Shown here one piece after another: positions 56,669-64,000 of a stretch of DNA of 64,000 nt (position 1 is its first letter; each line of letters starts with the position of its first letter). This stretch comes from Alphaproteobacteria bacterium. Lineage in GTDB: Bacteria; Pseudomonadota; Alphaproteobacteria; MPNO01; UBA830. The stretch is from NCBI GenBank assembly GCA_964291215.2, contig OZ219790.1, positions 832,001 through 896,000 on the forward strand, in the 5' to 3' direction. The notes beneath the pieces are model-generated. The model did no database searches. It saw only the letters and a list, made by a program, of their open reading frames with translations, and was not told the origin of the DNA. Both the position numbers and the translations under genes were made by a program.

Positions 56669-57846
56669 GCCGCGCTCCGCTCCGGCGCCACGTGAACGCC
56701 GATGCTCTCGCCCACCCGGCCCGCCGCCGCCCTCTCCGCGTCGCGCACCAGATGCGCATAGCGCGCCGTCGTCGCCACCCGGGAATGACCCAGCAGCCGC
56801 CCGATCATGCTCAGGCTCTCCCCCAGCGCCAGCGCCCGGCTTGCATACGAATGGCGGGCGTCGTGAAGGCGCACATCCCTGAGGCCGGCTCTCGCGGTGA
56901 TGCGCCGCCAGTAGTAGTCCAGGTTGACCAGATGAGTATCCCGCTTGCGGCCCGGCACGATCCACGGACTGCCGTCCGACCGGTCGATGCCGTCGAGCAC
57001 CTTCACCAGCGGCGGGGTCAGCGGCACCATGCGCGGCCCCGACTTCGCGTCCCTCAACCGCAGTTCGTTCGCCACCCGGTCCACGTCGTCCCACCGCAGC
57101 GTCAGGATCTCGCTCTTGCGGCAGCCGCTCAGGATCAGCAGCCGGATCGCCGCCACCGCCTGCGGCCACGGCGCCGATTTCGACGCCGCCTCGCGCAGCG
57201 CCTCGCCCAGACGGCGGTATTCTTCCGGCGTCAGGAAGCGCTCGCGCGTGTGTTCCCGGTAGTAGCGCAGCGACCGGCACGGGTTGGAGCCGCGCGGCGC
57301 CAACTCCCAGCTCTCCGCCAGCTTGTACATCTTCGACAGGACCGCCGCGGCGGTGTTGGCCATGTAGGGGGTGCCACGCAGCCGGTGGTGCAGCCCGGCC
57401 GCGGCCTCCCGCCCCACATCCCCGAGCGCCCTGCCGCCGAGCGCCGGCAGGATGTGCAGGTCCAGCACCGTCCGGTAGAGCGCCGCCGTCTTCGGCTTGC
57501 AGTGCATCGCCACATGCTTCTCCATGTAGCGCGCCGCCAGCCCGGCCACGGTGAGCGCCGGCGCCGCAGGCGCCGGACAGGGCTCCTCGCCCCGCTTGAT
57601 CCGGTCGATCGCCGCCGCCGCGCGCGTTCTTGCCTCCTCGACGGTGATCTCGCCATGTCTGCCGAGCCGGGCGCGCTTCAGCCCGCCCGGCCCCCGGGAC
57701 TGGACCACGTAGACCTTGCGCCCGGTGGCATGGATGCGGACGCCGAAGCCCGCGAGGTCGCGGTCCCAGAAGGTGGCGTCGTCGCGATCGACGCTGAGCG
57801 CATCGACGGTGCGCTTGGTGATCCTGAGAGTGCTTCGCTTGGGCAT
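56665..57846 (-). CDS. Tyrosine recombinase/integrase, paralogue of the adjacent one
   Basis: FWDRDLAGFGVR; LSGCRKSEI, AKSG, HDARH, LLGH, TARYAH. Confidence 0.93.
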   Translation of the reverse strand: MPKRSTLRITKRTVDALSVDRDDATFWDRDLAGFGVRIHATGRKVYVVQSRGPGGLKRARLGRHGEITVEEARTRAAAAIDRIKRGEEPCPAPAAPALTVAGLAARYMEKHVAMHCKPKTAALYRTVLDLHILPALGGRALGDVGREAAAGLHHRLRGTPYMANTAAAVLSKMYKLAESWELAPRGSNPCRSLRYYREHTRERFLTPEEYRRLGEALREAASKSAPWPQAVAAIRLLILSGCRKSEILTLRWDDVDRVANELRLRDAKSGPRMVPLTPPLVKVLDGIDRSDGSPWIVPGRKRDTHLVNLDYYWRRITARAGLRDVRLHDARHSYASRALALGESLSMIGRLLGHSRVATTARYAHLVRDAERAAAGRVGESIGVHVAPERSAA

Positions 57847-58029
57847 GGCGTCATTCCCGTGATCAAACCGCACATGAGCGGCATCGAACCGGGGCGCATT
57901 CAAACGCATCCATGGCGCAGATGCAAGAGGCGAAAGCGACCGGGTATTTCAGGTAATCATAGGGAATACAAGGCATTATCATCTTCGGAGGTAGCCAGGC
58001 GCATGAGTGACATGGTCGAAAAAATGTAA

Positions 58030-58818
58030 CCTGTCTTTGAGTCGCGCAGCCGTATCTCGCCGGTGTCGAAGTTGAGGTCGTCCTACCGCAGGCCGAGGAT
58101 CTCGTTGCGCCGGCAGCCGGTCAGCACGAGAAGATAGATGGCGGCCGCCGCATGGGGGGACGCCCGGCGGGCGCGGTCCTGAGCGCCTCGCCGGGAGAGT
58201 TCCTCGCGGGTGAGGAAGCGCTCGTGCTTCTCGACCCTGAAACGGGGCACGCTCCGGGCCGGGTTGCGCCCCGAGGGACACCAGCCCCACTCGTCGGCCA
58301 GATTGAACATCTTGACCAGAATGTCGGCCGCCCGGTTGGCGACGGTGGGGCTGTGATGCAGCGCGTCGTGGAAGCGCAGGATGTCCTTGTGCCCGACCTC
58401 GGCGACGAGACGCCCGCCGAGTGCGGGCACGATGTGCTTGCGCAGCGTGATCCGGTAGCGGGAGACGGTGGCCGGCTTGCAGTGCATCTCGACATGTTCG
58501 CGGAAGTAGCGGTCCGCGAGGTCGGCGACGGTGGGATCGTTGGCCGGGTCCTGCGGGGGCTGCCCCGTCTTGATGCGGACGATGACCTCGGCGGCCTCCT
58601 TGCGGGTCGGCGGAGAGCGGGTTGCCGTGCTCGCCGAGGGTCACGCGTCTGGAACGGCCGAAGGCTCGCGTCTGGACGACGAAGACCTTCTTGCCGCTCG
58701 CGTAGACGCGCAGGCCGAAACCGGGCAGCTCGCGGTCCTAGTAGACGGTGTCCCTGCCATCGGCGGGAAGACTGTCGACGATACGCTTGGAGAGGGTGCG
58801 GTACTGGCGTTGCGTCAT
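58030..58818 (-). pseudogene. Third tyrosine integrase paralogue, decayed and 3'-truncated
   Basis: TVY*DRELPGFGLRV, HCKPAT, ERFLT, LTGCRRNEILGLR*DD...RLRDSKTG; amber stops at 58738-40 and 58083-85 plus frameshifts; lacks HxxR and Tyr. Confidence 0.85.
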
Positions 58819-59192
58819 GGCGTCCTGCTCCGGAGACGAGGGCGTTCGGTCATGGCGACGATGAAAACGACGATGCCGGCTCCGCGTTCCGGCAGGTCCG
58901 GTCCGAATTCGGTCTGCGCCATCGCTCCCTCCGTCACGGCCTCGCCGAACCGGATTCGACGGATGGCGTCCTGCGGCGGAACGGGTCGATTTTCTCGTAA
59001 GCGCAGCGGGAATGCGAGCGTGCGAAACGGGTCGTAAGCACTCGCTCTCTTGTCTCGTTTGGCGACTGTGGGTTCCATGGCCGCAATCTGACGGACTAAA
59101 ATAATCCTGTCAACGCAACCAGTTATGTCACACATGCCTCAAATGGAAGGGCCTGGCAAGGATGCCGAAGTGGGTGCTTCGTGGAGAGTTAT

Positions 59193-59786
59193 TTACTTGC
59201 CCCAGTCCGCATCGGGGTTCGGGGTCTTCCCCCTGTCCCCGGCAACCCGGCCCGTCGAGTGGCTCGCCACCGCCTTGCCGTCGTACCCGGGATGGCGCCC
59301 GAAATCCGGCAACTCCTCGAACAGCGACGCGCGAAAGCTGTCGATCATCGCCGATACCAGGCCGCGCTCGTTCTCAAGCCGCACCACGCGTCCCAGAAAG
59401 CGCGAGAAGTTCCAGGAGCCCGGCACCGTCGAGCGCAACGGCGCCGGATGCCTCACCACGCTTGTCCCCTCGCTCCTCTCGCAAAGCTTCATCACCGGCG
59501 CACTCTGGAAGGGCAGCGCCTCGAAGCCGCAAATCCCAAGCAATGCCGGGTTGCGGCCCAACTCCCGCAGCAGCGACTGGATCGAGGCATGCCGGAACAC
59601 GATCCCCGCGATCAACGCACGCCACATCGCCCGCACCGGATAGTCGTTCCGCCCGCGACCCGCCTCAAGCGCCGCCACAACCTTCTCGTCGGGGAGCGTG
59701 TCGAGCACCACACGCAGACGCTCAAGGTCCGCAAGGCCTTCCACAGACCTCCACGAAAAGGCTAACTTCTCCGCTGTCGCCATCAC
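59193..59786 (-). pseudogene. Truncated transposase (DUF772-type N-terminus, IS5/IS1182-like)
   Basis: GRNDYPVRAMWRAL, LLRELGRNP, PGSWNFSRF, YDGK, PDADWGK then stop. Confidence 0.72.
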
Positions 59787-59983
59787 GTTCTCACAATCAG
59801 CGCTGGTGGAGGGAACAAGGGTCGAAGGCCCGATGGCGACACCTTCTACTCATTCCCGCGCCTCAACGCGACGACGCCCGAAAACCAGCCCGCGCACGGC
59901 CATGGGGTGGAAATCCACAAAAACCTTCCCTTCAAGCCGCAAAAACCCCGGAAATCAGCCATGCTGACAGGGTAAGAAAAATC

Positions 59984-60277
59984 TCAAACCTCCGCGAAAC
60001 CTTGCTCAGAAAGCACTTCCAAACAGCGCACACGCCTCTGATCCGTCCAACCCGAGGCAGCGATCTCTTTCATCTCCTCGACCGAGAACGAAGCCTGCGG
60101 TTTCGCGAGCATGCCGAAGACGGCCACAGCTGACGTGCGCCACTTCGACTTTAGCTGCATGCGCCTGTCCGTCAGCAGGTCGCTCTCAAGCTTATCGCCG
60201 GGCCGCATCCCCAAGTGTGCGAGCACATCCGTGCGCAGCGTGATCTGTTCCTTCGAAGTAACCGTGTAACTGCTCAC
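59984..60277 (-). CDS. AbrB/MazE-family antitoxin-like protein (possibly degenerate, no intact toxin)
   Basis: TVTSKEQITLRTDVLAHLGMRPGDKL resembles VTSKGQITLP..VR..LGL.PGD; C-terminal SVEEMKEIAASGW. Confidence 0.65.
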   Translation of the reverse strand: MSSYTVTSKEQITLRTDVLAHLGMRPGDKLESDLLTDRRMQLKSKWRTSAVAVFGMLAKPQASFSVEEMKEIAASGWTDQRRVRCLEVLSEQGFAEV

Positions 60278-60838
60278 CCCCTGGTTCCGGCTTGATGTCG
60301 GGGTAGAGTAACGAACGGGTTTTCGTGGAGATTTGACACTGCAGGCCAATTCGTTCAGTGGTGGTCATCGATAACGACGGGGGCCGCCAGTGGGCTACTT
60401 TGGATCGAAGGCGACGAGCGGGCTGTGCCAGCTGCTTCCGGGGCTCCAGCCTCCGCATGATCTGTATGTGGAAACGCATCCGGAGGCGGCGCGCTGATGA
60501 AGCGCAAGGCGCTGCGCTCGATCGGGATCGACCGGCGAGCGCTGGACGGGTTCGGGTGCGACTATCCGGTGAAACTGATCCACGGCTGCGCCCACGCGTT
60601 CCTGGCCGGCTTTGCGTTCCGGGGCACGGAACCGGTCTGCAGCGACCCCTGCAGGCGACCCGCCGATCGAAGCAGCGGTACCGCCACGACTACACCGACC
60701 ATGTCGAACTCCTTAAACTGCTCAAGGGGCTGCTGTGGCAGTAATGCAATAACGAAGTGCGCGAGAATCTGCCTGCCGCTCCCGTTATCCGTGAAATTCT
60801 ATAGTTGACATATCGATTTTCAAGGATGACTTTAGTTT

Positions 60839-62020
60839 ATGATTGTTGATCGCCCCGACGCCCGCGCCCGCATCCAGGAGGCGTTCTCCGTCCACCCAGC
60901 CGTGGCCCTGACCGGACCGCGGCAATGCGGCAAGACGACGCTTGCTCGCGAGATCGCATCGGACATGCCGGAGAGCACTTTCTTCGATCTCGAAGATTTG
61001 GCAGACCGGCAGCGCCTGCAAGCCCCGCGCCAGGCACTTGCAGACTTGCGAGGTCTTGTCATCATTGATGAAATACAGCGGGAACCCGCGCTTTTCGAGA
61101 TGCTTCGCGTGCTCGTCGACCGGCCCGACAACGTGGCGCGGTTTCTCGTCCTCGGAAGCGCTTCTCCCTCGCTCGTCCGCGGGGTTTCGGAATCCCTTGC
61201 CGGACGTGTGGGCTTGGTAGACCTGTCTGGTTTCGACCTTTCCGAGGTCGGACCGGAAACCTGGCGCAGGCTCTGGTTCAGGGGCGGTTTCCCGCGCGCG
61301 TTTCTCGCTCCCGATGACCATGCATCGTCGGTATGGCGGGAGAGCTTTGTCCAGACCTTCCTTGAACGCGATATTCCCCAACTCGGAATCACGATTCCGG
61401 CGGTTACGCTTCGTCGATTCTGGACCATGCTGGCTCACTACAGTGGCCAGAAATGGAATGCGGCCGAGTTTGCCCGCGCCCTGGGATCCAGCGAAATCAC
61501 CGCGCGGCGGTACCTCGACATTCTGAGCAGTACTTTCATGGTGCGCGCGCTCCCGCCATGGTTCGCAAATGTCCGAAAACGCCAGATCAGGTCGCCCAAG
61601 ATATACCTGCGCGACACGGGCCTTCTGCACACTCTGCTCTCTCTGGAAACGAGCGAAGATGTCGCCGGCCATCCGAAGCTTGGCGCATCTTTCGAGGGGC
61701 TCGTAGTCGAACAGCTCGCTGCCAGGTTCGGAACGGGCACACTCTACTTCTGGGCGACACATGGCGGCGCCGAACTCGATGTGCTACTCATGCGCGGTGG
61801 TCGCAGCTACGGTTTCGAATGCAAGTTCAGCGACGCGCCCGGCACCACGCGTTCCATGCGTACAGCACTTGATGACCTCGATCTGACGCACCTTTGGATA
61901 ATATACCCGGGAGATGACGCCTACTGGCTGGATGACCGGATTTCGGTATTGCCGATCACACAGATCCCGGCGCTCGCACTATCTCCGGGCTCTGGAGGTG
62001 AGCGTAGCGCGGAGATCTGA
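60839..62020 (+). CDS. AAA_14 ATPase + DUF4143 protein
   Basis: TGPRQCGKTT, IIDEIQ, LGSAS, SESLAGR, RGGFP, SPKIYLRDTGL, ELD...FECK; TTGACA at 60805-60810. Confidence 0.9.
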   Translation: MIVDRPDARARIQEAFSVHPAVALTGPRQCGKTTLAREIASDMPESTFFDLEDLADRQRLQAPRQALADLRGLVIIDEIQREPALFEMLRVLVDRPDNVARFLVLGSASPSLVRGVSESLAGRVGLVDLSGFDLSEVGPETWRRLWFRGGFPRAFLAPDDHASSVWRESFVQTFLERDIPQLGITIPAVTLRRFWTMLAHYSGQKWNAAEFARALGSSEITARRYLDILSSTFMVRALPPWFANVRKRQIRSPKIYLRDTGLLHTLLSLETSEDVAGHPKLGASFEGLVVEQLAARFGTGTLYFWATHGGAELDVLLMRGGRSYGFECKFSDAPGTTRSMRTALDDLDLTHLWIIYPGDDAYWLDDRISVLPITQIPALALSPGSGGERSAEI

Positions 62021-62130
62021 ACCCAATCGGTGCGGTCATCGGCGTCGCCTCGGCTGCCGTCTCCAGCAACAACTCGGGCGTATCCCGGCGCCAGATTCAG
62101 ATGTCCTGACCTCGGGTTCGATTTTTCCAA

Positions 62131-62990
62131 TCAGAGTGATGCTTTCGGGCCGAGTTTGCGTGCGTTGTCTGGCAGTTCGTAGATCATGCGGAGGCCGGTT
62201 CCGGGGAAGACCGTGCGCATCCGGTTGAGTTCGCCGAGCAGTCCGGCGATGTCGGCGTCCGACTGGAACAGTTCGGCGAGAGGGCGTCGCGGACGCTGCT
62301 TTGCGCCCTGCGCCGCGGCGACGGCGGACATCATCCGAGTCTCGGCGCGGTAGGCGATCATGCGAACGATGTCGAGCAGAAGCTTCTCGCTGGAGGATAG
62401 GGCGTCGAGCCTCTTGTCCTCGTCGAGCTCGGCCACCGTGACATGCTTCGGGATTTCGGAACGCTGGACCTTGAGCGCCGTGTGCTCGGCGTCGAGCGTC
62501 ACGATCTCGTCCTTCAGCGTCCCGTGACGGCGGTGTCGGACGGGGTGCCCCTGAGCAGGTCGGCGACGCGGTTGCGCAGCGTGCCGAGCTCCTCGCGCAT
62601 GTACTTGAAGAAGTTCTCCCGGGATCAGCGCCAGAACAGCGCGCCCGCGACCCGCTCCATGGTCGTGTGCATGTCGGTGGTGACAAGCGGCACCTGCCGG
62701 CCGCTGTCCGGAAGACGCCGGATCTGGCGCACCTCCGACCCGCCGGACAGCGTGATCCGTTTCTCCGCGAGCCGCACCTCGGCGGTCCAGACGCCACCTG
62801 GACCGTGAAGCGGCCGTGCGGAACTCCCCCTCGGGCCAGGGATCGCCCCCGAACCCCTTGTGCCAGGCGATCACCTCCATCCCGCGCCGGGCGAGGCGGG
62901 CGAACAGCGCCGGGCTCCAGCGGTCGAACACCAGCGTCAGCGCGGCTGCCTCTCCCTTGGCGAGATCCGGCACGTCCGATCCCGGCAGGC
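62131..62990 (-). pseudogene. Degraded transposase 3' portion
   Basis: TLVFDR.WSPALFARL, ENFFKYMREEL (shifted frame), RMIAYRAETRM; many indels; boundary approximate. Confidence 0.6.
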
Positions 62991-63984
62991 TCCTCCAACG
63001 CCGGCAGGATGCGATCCGACGAGGCGTCCGAGATCGATGACCACCGCCCTGATGTCGGGCGCCTTCCCGTCCGCCATCCTCACGACGTTGCGATGACCCT
63101 GCGCTTCCGGCAGCGTGTGGAGCAGGCCGATGTCCTCCTCCGCAAACACCTCGCTCGCCGAGGTCGAGGGATGCTCCCGCGCGAGGACGGTCAGGACATG
63201 GACGGCGAGGCACTTCTTCAGGTCGTCGGCCCGCCGGCGGTCCTTGATCCGGGTCTTCAGCGTGCGGAACCAGGTCTCGATGCGCGTCCGCGCCGCATGC
63301 ACGGCCTCCGCTTGCGCCGGGCGCTCGGTGGTCAGCAGCGCCTCGTCGCCGTCTCGCTGGCCGCGAACATGGAAACAGGCGTCGCCCTCGCGGTGCGGCG
63401 GCGCCACCTGTGCGGATCTCGAGACGGACAACGCGCTCCTTGCGGGCGCGCGGGCCGCCGGGATCGTCAGCTCCGTCACGGGCCGCGACATGCTCCCGCA
63501 GGCACGCCTCGTTGCCGTCCGCACGCGCTGGCTCGCGCGCACCAGCAGCGCGGTCCCGGTGTCCACGGCATGCAGCTCCCGGAAGTCGCCCTCGCGGTCG
63601 CAGACCACCCGCGTGTCCGGGCAGGCCGCCGCGAGCTCCCGTGCCCGCCCGGCGCCGGCTGTCCTCCCCGGGCTCCTGCCGGAAGGCCGCGTCCATCAGG
63701 CCCGGGGGCCGGCCCTCCGGCGTCACCGCCAGACCGGCGAGACCGACACTTCCCTTGCCGCCCCCGTCCGGACCCTTCGTCGACCCCGGGCCGCTGCAGT
63801 CGAGTGCCGTCGTGTCCTGTATCGCAAGAGGCTCTGTCCGACAACGCTCGACGGGCGCCTCGACATGCGCCTCCAGAACATGCTCCATGGAGATCCTCGG
63901 GTTCGACAGCAGGCGGCCTTCTGCTCCGCCTTCTCCGGAAAGATGACCGGCAGATCCTCCCCCATGTTCTCCATCCGGGCCCAT
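62991..63984 (-). pseudogene. Degraded IS4-family (IS50/Tn5-like) transposase
   Basis: AIQDTTALD, VCDREGDFREL, LLTTE, RIETWFRTLKT.RIKDRR across several frames. Confidence 0.78.
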
Positions 63985-64000
63985 GTCAACGATGCGCCGC

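Noticed and set aside
55496-58818. RIT (recombinase-in-trio) element
   Set aside because: All three are similar arm-domain integrases, the third is separated and broken, and no terminal inverted repeats were seen.
60358-60808. Short plus-strand ORFs between the antitoxin and the DUF4143 gene
   Set aside because: Probably a gene fragment, but no recognisable motif or start signal supports a call.
62131-63984. 617-aa ORF as a novel fusion protein
   Set aside because: It threads through frameshifted pieces of two different transposases; decay or sequence error.

Overview
A mobile/defence island from a high-GC bacterium, with no rRNA, tRNA or CRISPR array seen. (1) 2-12673: a defence block made of an SNF2 helicase-nuclease (5' end outside the window), a DUF1156 adenine methyltransferase, a DUF499 ATPase, an OLD-family nuclease and an AlbA_2/Schlafen-HATPase-wHTH gene. 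(2) 12817-37617: a very GC-rich, apparently complete F-type conjugation module (traALEKBVC-trbI-S26-traW-ssb-traU-trbC-traNFHG, traD, MOBF relaxase) under a phage-like CI/Cro switch. (3) 37767-50861: cargo with a DUF6527-like remnant joined to an orphan integrase C-terminal tail, an Rpn nuclease, a GHKL-type ATPase, and an SspABCD-like phosphorothioation cluster whose usual effector is replaced by a low-GC GIY-YIG + DGQHR pair. (4) 50926-55480: an IS nest with two ~200-bp IS110-type mini-elements in tandem with an IS110, an IS256 inside the IS110 non-coding end, and IS5 fragments. (5) 55496-58818: two intact, overlapping tyrosine integrases and a third decayed one. (6) 59193-64000: IS pseudogenes, an AbrB-like antitoxin and an AAA-DUF4143 gene. 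The best candidates for new biology are the inverted orphan integrase tail (suggesting a recombination site inside the integrase gene), the Ssp-like system with swapped effectors, and the IS110 mini-element array. All protein assignments come from motif recognition by eye, not database searches.
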